DNA of 64,000 bases, taken from Ylistrum balloti. Lineage: Eukaryota. Shown here piece after piece: positions 36,038 to 47,924 of this stretch; positions within the stretch are counted from its first letter, which is position 1, and every line of letters starts with the position of its first letter. The stretch spans positions 2,046,001-2,110,000 of the forward strand of contig NW_026782099.1 of the NCBI RefSeq assembly GCF_031769215.1, given 5' to 3'. The notes under the pieces are model-generated. The model was not told where the DNA came from. It was given only the letters and a program-made list of their open reading frames with translations, and did not search any database. The position numbers were made by a program, and so were the translations under genes.

Positions 36038-39000
36038 CTGTACTTCTTTCATTGGCCTGTTGATTGTGAATATCTCCCTCCAGACCTGTGTGTGATGTGT
36101 ACTTCTTTCATTGGCCTGTTGATTGTGAATATCTCCCTCCCGGCCTGTGTGTGATGTGTACTTCTTTCATTGGCCTGTTGATTGTGAATATCTCCCTCCC
36201 AACCTGTGTGTGATGTGTACTTCTTTCATTGGCCTGTTGATTGTGAATGTCTTCCTCCCGGCCTGTGTGTGATGTGTACTTCTTTCATTGGCCTGTTGAT
36301 TGTGAATATCCTCCTCCCGGCCTGTGTGTGATGTGTACTTCTTTCATTGGCCTGTTGATTGTGAATATCTCCCTCCCGGCCTGTGTGTGATGTGTACTTC
36401 TTTCATTGGCCTGTTGATTGTGAATATCTCCCTCCCGACCTGTGTGTGATGTGTACTTCTTTCATTGGCCTGTTGATTGTGAATATCTCCCTCCCGGCCT
36501 GTGTGTGATGTGTACTTCTTTCATTGGCCTGTTGATTGTGAATATCTCCCTCCCGACCCTCCCTCCCGGCCTGTGTGTGATGTGTACTTCTTTCATTGGC
36601 CTGTTGATTGTGAATATCTCCCTCCCGACCTGTGTGTGATGTGTACTTCTTTCATTGGCCTGTTGATTGTGAATATCTCCCTCCCGACCTGTTTAAGATA
36701 TGTACTTCTTTCATTGGCCTGTTGATTGTGAATATCTCCCTCCCGGCCTGTGTGTGATGTGTACTTCTTTCATTGGCCTGTTGATTGTGAATATCTCCCT
36801 CCCGGCCTGTGTGTGATGTGTACTTCTTTCATTGGCCTGTTGATTGTGAATATCTCCTCCAGACCCTCCCTCCCGGCATGTGTGTGATGTGTACTTCTTT
36901 CATTGGCCTGTTGATTGTGAATATCTCCCTCCCGACCTGTGTGTGATGTGTACTTCTTTCATTGGCCTGTTGATTGTGAATATCTCCCTCCCGGCCTGTG
37001 TGTGATGTGTACTTCTTTCATTGGCCTGTTGATTGTGAATATCTCCCTCCCGACCTGTGTGTAAGATGTGTACTTCTTTCATTGGCCTGTTGATTGTGAA
37101 TATCTCCCTCCCGGCCTGTGTGTGATGTGTACTTCTTTCATTGGCCTGTTGATTGTGAATATCTCCCTCCCGACCTGTGTGTGATGTGTACTTCTTTCAT
37201 TGGCCTGTTGATTGTGAATATCTCCCTCCCGACCTGTGTGTGATGTGTACTTCTTTCATTGGCCTGTTGATTGTGAATATCTCCCTCCCGACCTGTGTGT
37301 GATGTGTACTTCTTTCATTGGCCTGTTGATTGTGAATATCTCCCTCCCGACCTGTTTAAGATATGTACTTCTTTCATTGGCCTGTTGATTGTAAATATCT
37401 CCCTCCCGACCTGTGTGTGATGTGTACTTCTTTCATTGGCCTGTTGATTGTGAATATCTCCCTCCCGACCTGTGTGTGATGTGTACTTCTTTCATTGGCC
37501 TGTTGATTGTGAATATCTCCCTCCCGGCCTGTGTGTGATGTGTACTTCTTTCATTGGCCTGTTGATTGTGAATATCTCCTCCCGGCCTGTGTGTGATGTG
37601 TACTTCTTTCATTGGCCTGTTGATTGTGAATATCTCCCTCCCGGCCTGTGTGTGATGTGTACTTCTTTCATTGGCCTGTTGATTGTGAATATCTCCCTCC
37701 CGACCTGTGTGTGATGTGTACTTCTTTCATTGGCCTGTTGATTTGGCCTGTGTGTTGTGTACTTCTTTCATTGGCCTGTTGAATATCTCCCTCCCGACCT
37801 GTGTGTGATGTGTACTTCTTTCATTGGCCTGTTGATTGTGAATATCTCCCTCCCGGCCTGTGTGTGATGTGTACTTCTTTCATTGGCCTGTTGATTGTGA
37901 ATATCTCCCTCCCGACCTGTGTGTGATGTGTACTTCTTTCATTGGCCTGTTGATTGTGAATATCTCCCTCCCGACCTGTTTAAGATATGTACTTCTTTCA
38001 TTGGCATGTTGATTGTGAATATCTCCCTCCCGACCTGTTTAAGATATGTACTTCTTTCATTGGCCTGTTGATTGTGAATATCTCCCCCTACTTCTTTCAT
38101 TGGCCTGTGTGTGATGTGTACTTCTTTCATTGGCCTGTTGATTGTGAATATCTCCCTCCCGGCCTGTGTGTGATGTGTACTTCTTTCATTGGCCTGTTGA
38201 TTGTGAATATCTCCCTCCCGGCCTGTGTGTGATGTGTACTTCTTTCATTGGCCTGTTGATTGTGAATATCTCCCTCCCGGCCTGTGTGTGATGTGTACTT
38301 CTTTCATTGGCCTGTTGATTGTGAATATCTCCCTCCCGGCCTGTGTGTGATGTGTACTTCTTTCATTGGCCTGTTGATTGTGTGACCTGTGTGTGATGTG
38401 TACTTCTTTCATTGGCCTGTTGATTGTGAATATCTCCCTCCCGACCTGTGTGTGATGTGTACTTCTTTCATTGGCCTGTTGATTGTGAATATCTCCCTGT
38501 GTGTGTGATGTGTACTTCTTTCATTGGCCTGTTGATTGTGAATATCTCCCTCCCGACCTGTGTGTGTGTACTTCTTTCATTGGCCTGTTGATTGTGAATA
38601 TCTCCCTCCCGACCTGTGTGTGATGTGTACTTCTTTCATTGGCCTGTTGATATCTCCCTCCCGGCCTGTGTGTGATGTGTACTTCTCCCTCGGCCTGTGT
38701 GTGATGTGTACTTCCTGTGTGTGATATCTCCCTCCCGGCCTGTGTGTATGTGTACTTCTTTCATTGGCCTGTTGATTGTGAATATCTCCCTCCCGACCTG
38801 TGTGTGATGTGTACTTCTTTCATTGGCCTGTTGATTGTGAATATCTCCCTCCCGACCTGTGTGTGATGTGTACTTCTTTCATTGGCCTGTTGATTGTGAA
38901 TATCTCCCTCCCGGCCTGTGTGTGATGTGTACTTCTTTCATTGGCCTGTTGATTGTGAATATCTCCCTCCCGGCCTGTGTGTGATGTGTACTTCTTTCAT

Positions 39001-39180
39001 TGGCCTGTTGATTGTGAATATCTCCCTCCCGACCTGTGTGTGATGTGTACTTCTTTCATTGGCCTGTTGATTGTGAATATCTCCCTCCCGACCTGTGTGT
39101 GATGTGTACTTCTTTCATTGGCCTGTTGATTGTGAATATCTCCCTCCCGGCCTATTTATGGTTGTACTTCTTTCATTACT
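36038..39180. repeat. 59-bp intronic minisatellite, ~50 copies
   Basis: Unit GTGTGTGATGTGTACTTCTTTCATTGGCCTGTTGATTGTGAATATCTCCCTCCCG(G/A)CCT; fills most of intron 3. Confidence 0.97.
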
Positions 39181-39497
39181 TTCATTTGTTCCTTGTGTAT
39201 ATAATTTATATACTAATATACGCCCTGTTAAGTTTTGTTTTGTGTCATAGGCCATTGTATGTCATTGAATATACGTAGGATGATAAATAAACCAATGAAT
39301 GTATTCAGGTTTTTAACGATATATTTTTGTTGTGTACACTTGTTGATAACGAACCATGTAAATTGTATGAAGCTAAATTCGTATGTTTACATAATTAAAC
39401 TTTGTGTTATATGAACCATCATTATTTTCATATTTAATAATTTCATGTTGTTCAACAATTCAACATTTTACACATAACTTTACTCGTCTTCTTTCAG

Positions 39498-41192
39498 AGG
39501 TATCAGGTGAGTGATAGGAGAAATCGTGATGAACATGTTAGTGGGAGTGTAACAGTAATAACAGAGGTTCCCTCAGAAACTTCACCATTCTTATACGTCC
39601 GCCCCTCAGAAAACCCGGAGTCTACTTCGTATCAGGACGCCATGGAGAACATTCCATTCATTGATGACGCTGAGATTATTCCGACGTGCGAAATTCATTT
39701 GTCACACGTGTATGAAAACTGGACAAATGATATCCCTGACACTAGAAGTGTTGAGACGGACAGGTCGCTGCCTATTGAAAATAGAGACAGATCGCTCCTT
39801 TCGCATACAGATGTCGTTTCTGAGATAAACTTTGAGAGACCTGAGACATTCAGCGTCTCGAGGGATGGTAGCGTGCCGGAATCAACTGGTGCACCACCGG
39901 AAAGAAATCCATACCGTTTCGACGACAAGGAAACACAAATAAATCCGGAAAGTTCCAAGTTATTGTCTTCAGGAATTTCAAATTCAAACATAGAGGACAA
40001 TGATATTGATAAACATGAGGCAAACACTGACTCTTTAGAAGATAACAAAGACGAGACACCGTCTTTTGAAAATGGATCCGCGAATACAAAATTAGAAACA
40101 CAAGAGATGGCCGTCGACTCGCGTACTGGCAATGTATCCGAATCAATTGAGGCTCCACAAGAAAACACTCCGTGCCTTTTTGACGACAAGGAAACATCCC
40201 CTAACACAGATGATGACGTAGATAGTTGTGAAACAACTACTGACACTACAGGTATTGAAGATAACAGAGACGAGACACCGTCTTTTGAAAATGGATCCGC
40301 GAATACAAAATTAGAAACACAAGAGATGGCCGTCGACTCGCGTACTGGCAATGTATCCGAATCAATTGAGGCTCCACAAGAAAACACTCCGTGCCTTTTT
40401 GACGACAAGGAAACATCCCCTAACACAGATAATGACGTAGATAGTTGTGAAAAAACTACTGACACTACAGGTATTGAAGATAACAGAGACGAGACACCGT
40501 CTTTTGAAAATGGATCCGCGAATACAAAATTAGAAACACAAGAGATGGCCGTCGACTCGCGTACTGGCAATGTATCCGAATCAATTGAGGCTCCACAAGA
40601 AAACACTCCGTGCCTTTTTGACGACAAGGAAACATCCCCTAACACAGATGATGACGTAGATAGTTGTGAAACAACTACTGACACTACAGGTATTGAAGAT
40701 AACAGAGACGAGACACCGTCTTTTGAAAATGGATCCGCGAATACAAAATTAGAAACACAAGAGATGGCCGTCGACTCGCGTACTGGCAATGTATCCGAAT
40801 CAATTGAGGCTCCACAAGAAAACACTCCGTGCCTTTTTGACGACAAGGAAACATCCCCTAACACAGATAATGACGTAGATAGTTGTGAAAAAACTACTGA
40901 CACTACAGGTATTGAAGATAACAGAGACGAGACACCGTCTTTTGAAAATGGATCCGCGAATACAAAATTAGAAACACAAGAGATGGCCGTCGACTCGCGT
41001 ACTGGCAATGTATCCGAATCAATTGAGGCTCCACAAGAAAAGGAAACAGTCCCTATACATGAAAATCACAATAACGTGTCTTCAGAGATAACAAACTCAA
41101 ACACAGATGATCATGTAGATAATACTGATAATATATCCGAACCAATTACTACTCTACAAGATAATACTCAAAAATCGGTTGACCATCTTTAA
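39498..41192 (+). CDS. Exon 4: acidic, probably disordered cytoplasmic tail with 73-aa tandem repeats
   Basis: Acceptor CTTTCAG|AGG TAT CAG in phase 0, in frame with the 561-aa ORF; stop TAA at 41190-41192. Joined CDS is 195+596+34+1695 = 2520 nt (839 aa). Confidence 0.85.
   Translation, partial: RYQVSDRRNRDEHVSGSVTVITEVPSETSPFLYVRPSENPESTSYQDAMENIPFIDDAEIIPTCEIHLSHVYENWTNDIPDTRSVETDRSLPIENRDRSLLSHTDVVSEINFERPETFSVSRDGSVPESTGAPPERNPYRFDDKETQINPESSKLLSSGISNSNIEDNDIDKHEANTDSLEDNKDETPSFENGSANTKLETQEMAVDSRTGNVSESIEAPQENTPCLFDDKETSPNTDDDVDSCETTTDTTGIEDNRDETPSFENGSANTKLETQEMAVDSRTGNVSESIEAPQENTPCLFDDKETSPNTDNDVDSCEKTTDTTGIEDNRDETPSFENGSANTKLETQEMAVDSRTGNVSESIEAPQENTPCLFDDKETSPNTDDDVDSCETTTDTTGIEDNRDETPSFENGSANTKLETQEMAVDSRTGNVSESIEAPQENTPCLFDDKETSPNTDNDVDSCEKTTDTTGIEDNRDETPSFENGSANTKLETQEMAVDSRTGNVSESIEAPQEKETVPIHENHNNVSSEITNSNTDDHVDNTDNISEPITTLQDNTQKSVDHL
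40039..41040 (+). repeat. Coding 219-bp (73-aa) tandem repeat, ~4.5 copies, A-B-A-B pattern
   Basis: GAAGATAAC at 40039 and 40258; units alternate DDDVDSCETT and DNDVDSCEKT. Confidence 0.95.
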
Positions 41193-41624
41193 ACAACCGG
41201 AATGTCGGATATTGACATCCGTACTCAAATATTTAATAGTAAGACGTGGAAAATATTGTGTTGAGTACAGTGTTAAACACTTTATCTGAACTTGTAAACA
41301 TTAATGATTTGGAAGACACCTTATTCGATACTGATCTCGACAAGCGTTGGAAACCATTGATTGTGATGGATTACAACAGTTACAGATGAAGACATCGGCA
41401 GTCAAAACTCCATATAGAGATGGAAAACTAGCCTTCGGCCTCATTACACACGTTTATTTACTACACATATTTATAGTTATAGAAATCCGCAATCTGACAA
41501 TGACAACTGATAGTTTGTAAGATCACAGTTGTCGACTTTTACATAAATTGAGGATTGCTGATATAGAAAATGACAACCGATAGTAAAACAGATTAAAGTT
41601 GTCAATCTGTACATATATTGTTAA

Positions 41625-43080
41625 TCACAGTGACAACTGATGGTATAAATGGTTACAACTGTCGATATGTACATATATTGGTAACCACAGTGACAACTGA
41701 TGGTATAGAAGGTTATGGTTGTCAATCTTTACATATATTTGTAATCACAGTGACAACTGATGGTATAAATGGTTAAGCTGTCGATCTTTACATATATTTG
41801 TAACCACAGTGACAACTGACGGTATAAATAGTTACAGCTGTCGATCTTTACATATATTGATAATCACAGTGACAACTGATGGTATAAATGGTTACAGCTG
41901 TCGATCTTTACATATATTGGTAATCACAGTGACAACTGACGGTATAGAAGGTTACAGCTGTCGATCTTTACATATATTGGTAACCACAGTGACAACTGAT
42001 GGTATAAATGGTTACAGCTGTCGATCTTTACATATATTGGTAATCCCAGTGACAACTGATGGTATAAATGGTTACAGCTGTCGATCTTTACATATATTGG
42101 TAATCACAGTGACAACTGATGGTATAAATGGTTACAGCTGTCGATCTTTACATATATTGGTAATCACAGTGACAACTGATGGTATAAATGGTTACAGCTG
42201 TCGATCTTTACATATATTGGTAATCCCAGTGACAACTGATGGTATAAATGGTTACAGCTGTCGATCTTTACATATATTGGTAATCACAGTGACAACTGAT
42301 GGTATAAATGGTTACAGCTGTCGATCTTTACATATGTTGGTAATCAGTGCCAACTGACAGTATAGAAGGTTATGGTTGTCAATCTTTACATATATTTGTA
42401 ATCACAGTGACAACTGATGGTATAAATGGTTAAGCTGTCGATCTTTACATATATTGGTAATCACAGTGACAACTGATGGTATAAATGGTTACAGCTGTCG
42501 ATCTTTACATATATTTGTAATCACAGTGACAACTGATGGTATAAATGGTTAAGCTGTCGATCTTTACATATATTGATAATCACAGTGACAACTGATGGTA
42601 TAAATGGTTACAGCTGTCGATCTTTACATATATTTGTAATCACAGTGACAACTGATGGTATAAATGGTTACAGCTGTCGATCTTTACATATATTGGTAAT
42701 CACAGTGACAACTGATGGTATAAATGGTTAAGCTGTCGATCTTTACATATATTGATAATCACAGTGACAACTGATGGTATAAATGGTTACAGCTGTCGAT
42801 CTTTACATATATTTGTAATCACAGTGACAACTGATGGTATAAATGGTTACAGCTGTCGATCTTTACATATATTGGTAATCACAGTGACAACTGACGGTAT
42901 AGAAGGTTACAGCTGTCGATCTTTACATATTTTGATAATCACAGTGACAACTGATGGTATAAATGGTTACAACGGTCGACCTTTCATGTATTTGTAATCA
43001 CATTGGCAGCTTATGGTGATAAATTGATAACCATTATGACTATTGATCGTATGAAGGGGTTACAGTTATCGGCCTTTACA
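41625..43080. repeat. 60-bp minisatellite, ~23 copies
   Basis: Unit GTGACAACTGATGGTATAAATGGTTACAGCTGTCGATCTTTACATATATTGGTAATCACA. Confidence 0.96.
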
Positions 43081-43088
43081 TATATTGA

Positions 43089-43745
43089 CAGAGATGCCAA
43101 ATGCTCCAATTTTGGCGAAGCAGCTCCGATTTTCAGTCTGAGAGTTGGTCAACAAGATGCACATTTCGAAATTCCTGATCCATGTCTGCAGTGAAGCGTA
43201 TTTTTTATTTTTTTTTTCGCAAGATGTTAACAAAACATCGGCACATACACACCACCATCATCATCATCATCATCATCATCATTAAATTATGTTTGTTTTT
43301 TTTAATATATGAAATATTTCAGACTTTTAGTATGATTTCTTTTCCACATGAAAGCTTAAAAACATATTTTGTCTGTCAAAATCATTTTTAATCCATTCAA
43401 TGGGTCAGAAGTTTTCACTGCGTGCTGCAGTTAGTGTATTGTGGGTAATGAAGTTCCAGCCACACTTCCGTCTAAAGTTGATCATTTGGACAGTTTGTTG
43501 GAGTTGCATTACCACACACAAAACCATAAAGCGCTCGCTATTCCAGTATTTCATGGAGGTATCGGCGACTTCTAAAACATGTAACAAAGAAAAAGACGTA
43601 CTGAAATGTCACTAATTGAAGAAAAACATGGCAAAATTTCTAATTTTTTTCAACAAAGAAGCTCGAATGAAATGGGTGTTACGAAAGCTGAGGTGGTCTT
43701 CACGAAGTTCCCTTTTGAAAACACTGCACCTTTGTCACTCTCGTA
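43089..43745 (+). mobile_element. hAT DNA transposon relic (left end plus N-terminal transposase remnant)
   Basis: TIR-like CAGAGATGCCAA at 43089. Degenerate frames give HGGIGD..KHVTKKK and KISNFFQQRSSNEMGVTKAEVVFTKF..E...PLS, resembling hAT HGG..D...H and VT.AE..F motifs. No right TIR found. Confidence 0.5.
43253..43281. repeat. (CAT)n microsatellite
   Basis: Run of CATCATCAT...; a longer run lies at ~45809-45852. Confidence 0.9.
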
Positions 43746-43764
43746 TGTTATCTCAGCAGTGAAA

Positions 43765-44045
43765 ATATGTTATCTCTGAAGTGACAATATGTTATCTCAG
43801 AAGTGATAAAAATTCAATGTTATCTTAGAAGTGGCAATATGTTAAATCCGTTTGTTATCTCGGAATTCAAAATATATGTTATTTCAAATGTGACAATATG
43901 TTATCTCAGAAGTGACAATATGTTATCTCAGAAGTGACAATATGTTATCTCAGAAGTGACAATATGTTATCTCAGAAGTGACAATATGTTATCTCAGAAG
44001 TGACAATATGTTATCTCAGAAGTGACAATATGTTATCTCTGAAGT
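43765..44045. repeat. 22-bp minisatellite
   Basis: Unit GTGACAATATGTTATCTCAGAA; perfect copies at ~43900-44040. Confidence 0.92.
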
Positions 44046-45808
44046 CATTTAAGATAAAACTATAAGCACAATTTTAACATTTAAAAATTCACTAAATTGT
44101 TCAATTTATTTATGTTTTGTTTGAATTCAATACTAAAAAAAGGCTTATAATTTGCAGTTTTTCGGCCACCACCTGAAGTTCTAGATGGTAAAAAACACGA
44201 GACCAAAAATATATGGTTTTTTTTCTAAATATTAGAAGAGAGTTTAACATGTGAAAGTTACTAAACGGTTGAAAATAGAGCAGCAACCTCACTGTGGCTG
44301 TTGATGACACGAATCCTTTTGAAATGGCTAAATCTTCTTCAAGACGTTCGGCAGGGGAATGCGTTTAATCTCTGACAAGGTAATTTGGGTTGCATTGTTT
44401 GCTGACTTTCATGGAAATGACAGTTTACTGTGGAATTTAAGCTCATCTAATTGGTAAACAACTCCTTCAGGTTTGTGTTCTCTTTTTACATTGGTGTGAA
44501 TCTGTAAAAGCGTTATTAGTGATGATTAACAAAAATGCGTCATTTTTTACTGGAAATATTGTGCATGAGATATAGCCGTTATTAGCTCCATTTCCGTTGT
44601 ATCCAACCAGAATTAAGATTCGTTTCGTGCATATAAACGCTAAATGTTAAGGTCGCGAAAAGAACAACGTCTGAGGTTCGATAAAAGAACATTTTTCAGA
44701 CTTGCCTATAAATTTCATATGAAATGGAAACTAGGAATGCCATATTTGTACATATGACATTTTGATAATGATAATGTACCTAGCGACATTTATTTGAATT
44801 TTCCTTTCAAAGGTTGAGCAGTTCAAAAAGTAATTACAGATATACGATATTCGGCTCCTACAAGGTGCATGCTTGTAACCATTATCTATCATTGACTTGC
44901 CATCAGGGACTATAAAAATTCGTATACTTTTTGTCATGATTGTTGCAAATAAAATTTACATTGAAGGAGTTAAGTTTTGTTTACGATATAGACGTCAGGA
45001 TAAATATTTAAACCCGACGTGCAAACGAGAAATCATTTCATGAATTACTCCACGGCTTCATAAAGAAAGGTTTCCATAAATTCTAATTTAATCTTAGTAT
45101 TTTTTTTCTACAGATGATCTTTGATGTTCCTCGTCTGCATGCATGACATCAGATAGTAGAGGAATTCCACACATGATTCAACGTTGAGCAGGTTCATTAG
45201 AGTTAACTCCCTTGTCGCATTATAATTTCTCGGAAAAAGCCATGTTGGACTGATAATTGGTGTATGCCGGTGTCTGATTTCGTTCTGAACTTCCAGTGAA
45301 TTGCATAAATTTTTCGTCTTTTCTAAATGACTGAGGGCAGAAAAAACGGGGAAAATTCATATCAGTCTTGGTAATTAAAGAACAATCACATGAATAGGTA
45401 ACCAAAAGAAGAGGACGAAGGAGGAATCAAGAAAATGCTGACCGTCTACAAAGCACCCCAGATGTTCTAAACGGTGTCACGAGTGAGGGCCAAGTGATAA
45501 AATCTATTTTATCGGACCCCAGTGGGACATTACTTTATAGTCTTAACATTGCATTTCCACTGTCAGAAAAATGTAACGTATTTAACACAATAAAGGTTAC
45601 TACAATAACATGGAGGAAGATGTTTACTAGGGCTGGGTTGGAGTGCTGCACGACCGCATGGAAATTTTGAACAATCAATATACATAGGTACTAGATAAAT
45701 AAGCAGAAAATAAACTCCAAAAATCCACAACCAATGATCAGGTGTAAAGGAAAATTTACCATGGAGAGACTGTCGTAACACAATTCAACAAAAAACATCG
45801 AGACTCGC

Positions 45809-45852
<44 letters not shown>
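45809..45852. repeat. (CAT)n microsatellite
   Basis: About 14 CAT units. Confidence 0.92.
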
Positions 45853-45853
<1 letters not shown>

Positions 45854-46009
45854 TAAAACATCCTCATCATAATCATTAATTATAGTTATTTATTCTCCAT
45901 TTACCATCACCTATAATCATATATCATAAAGTCGTCTTATCATAACTATTACATTCAATCATAAACTAGTATTATGATATTCAGTCATCACCACAATAAT
46001 AAATCAAAC

Positions 46010-46830
46010 ACCTCACCCACACACCTTCACTTCTGGTCCACACTCCCTCACCTCTCACCCACACACCCTCACCTCTCACTCACACACCCTCACCTCTCAC
46101 TCACACACCCTCACTTCTCACCCACACACCCTCACTTCTCACTCACACACCCTCACCTCTCCCTCACACGCCCTCACCTCTCACTCACACACCCTCACCT
46201 CTCACTCACACACCCTCCCCTCTCACTCACACACCCTCACCTCTCACACACACACCTTCATTTCTCGTCCACACTCCCTCACCTCTCACCCACACGCCCT
46301 CATCTCTCACCCACTCATCGTTCCCTCACATCCTCACGCCCTCACCAACCACTCACACCCTCACCTCTCACTCACTCTCACTCACACACCCTCACCTTTT
46401 ATCCGAAACCCTCACCTCTCACCCACACACCCTCACTTCTCACTCACACACCCTCACTTCTCACTCACACACCCTCACCTCTCACTCACACCCCCTCACC
46501 TCTCATTCAAACACCCTCACCAATCACTCACACACCCTCACCTCTCACTCACACGCCCTCATCTCTCACCCACTCATCGTTCCCTCACATCCTCACGCCC
46601 TCACCAACCACTCACACCCTCACCTCTCACTCACTCTCACTCACACACCCTCACCTTTTATCCGAAACCCTCCCCTCTCACTCACATACCCTCACCTCTC
46701 ACTCACACGCCCTCATATCTTACCCACACATCGTTCCCTCTCATCCACACACCCTCACCTCTCATCCACACACCCTCACCTCTCACTCACTCACTCGACC
46801 TCACCTCTCACCCACACAGATTCACCCCTC
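46010..46830. repeat. C/A/T-only low-complexity ~21-bp minisatellite
   Basis: CCTCACCTCTCACTCACACAC-like units, almost no G on the + strand. Confidence 0.9.
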
Positions 46831-46879
46831 ACTGAAGCATCCATAAGAATATGCCACATTTCTAAACCAAGTAGAATAG

Positions 46880-47420
46880 AAGGTGATGAAGTGCAAAAGA
46901 GAGATTGAGAAATCTATTGCGGAAAATATTAAACTGAATTAACTGAATTTAGCAATAGGATATCCAAACACCCTTTCGATGAGGTTGCATGCAATAAAGA
47001 GGTAGATAGAAATATTCTGATAAGCCACAACCTCAATAAGTCGCGTGGACCTTAAATTAACTCAAATAGGCAACAAAGTACTTTTGAAAGCGAATACTAT
47101 CACAGGCTTGGAGGGAGGCAAATCTAACGACTTCAAGAAAGGGTCAAAGTCGGAACCTGGAAATAACAAACCGGTTAGCTTAACTGGTGTGATTGGGAAA
47201 ATAATGAGAGACAGCAATGTAAAACATTTGGGTAGATATAGTTGATTAAGAAACAGGCAGATTGGATTTATATCTGGAAGAATACCACAACTACATTTAC
47301 TTACTGTATTGGACGAATGGTGACGGATAGTCAAGAATCACTAAAATTGTTTCTATGGATTTCATGAAAGGGTTTGAGAAAGTCTCTCATCAACGTCGAT
47401 TGTTAAAGAAACGTACAGTT
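46880..47420 (+). mobile_element. Degenerate CR1-group LINE RT fragment
   Basis: KCKREIEKSIAENIK ... FKKGSKSEPGNNKPVSLTGVIGKIM ... QIGFISGR...LLTVLDEW* ... MDFMKGFEKVSHQRRLLKK; resembles the CR1 motifs KKG...PGNYRPVSLT and DFSKAFDKVPH. Several stops. Confidence 0.8.
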
Positions 47421-47487
47421 TATAGAAATAGCGAACAGGTGTAAAAATGGAAACAAGACTTTGTCAGTAACAGACATATGTTAACTT

Positions 47488-47920
47488 ACACATTGTATGG
47501 AGGTCATCATTACACATTGTAAGGAGGTCGTTATCACACATTGTATGGAGGTCGTTATCACACATTGTGTGGAGGTCGTTATCACACATTGTATGGAGGT
47601 CATCATTACACATTGTAAGGAGGTCGTTATCACACATTGTATGGAGGTCGTTATCACACATTGTATGGAGGTCGTTATCACACATTGTGTGGAGGTCGTT
47701 ATCACACATTGTATGGAGGTCATCATTACACATTGTAAGGAGGTCGTTATCACACATGGAGGTCGTTATCACACATTGTGTGGAGGTCGTTATCACACAT
47801 TGTATGGAGGTCATCATTACACATTGTAAGGAGGTGTTATCACACATTGTAAGGAGGTCGTTATCACACATTGTATGGAGGTCGTTATCACACATTGTGA
47901 GGAGGTCATTGTGAGGAGGT
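47488..47920. repeat. 24-bp minisatellite
   Basis: Unit GGAGGTCGTTATCACACATTGT(AT/AA/GT); directly abuts the 36-bp satellite. Confidence 0.92.
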
Positions 47921-47924
47921 CGGT

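Noticed and set aside
36442-39278. Cys/His-rich ORFs such as CDVYFFHWPVDCEY
   Set aside because: The 59-bp unit is not a multiple of 3, and it lies inside intron 3 of the receptor gene.
39695-41008. 437-aa minus-strand ORF
   Set aside because: Antisense shadow of exon 4; the + frame has the splice acceptor and phase continuity.
41809-42997. TTDGINGYSCRSLHILVI repeat ORFs
   Set aside because: 60-bp minisatellite downstream of the stop codon, interrupted by indels.
45974-46846. 290-aa His/Pro/Leu/Thr-rich ORF
   Set aside because: G-free low-complexity DNA cannot form TAG or TGA, and TAA is rare here, so long ORFs are expected.
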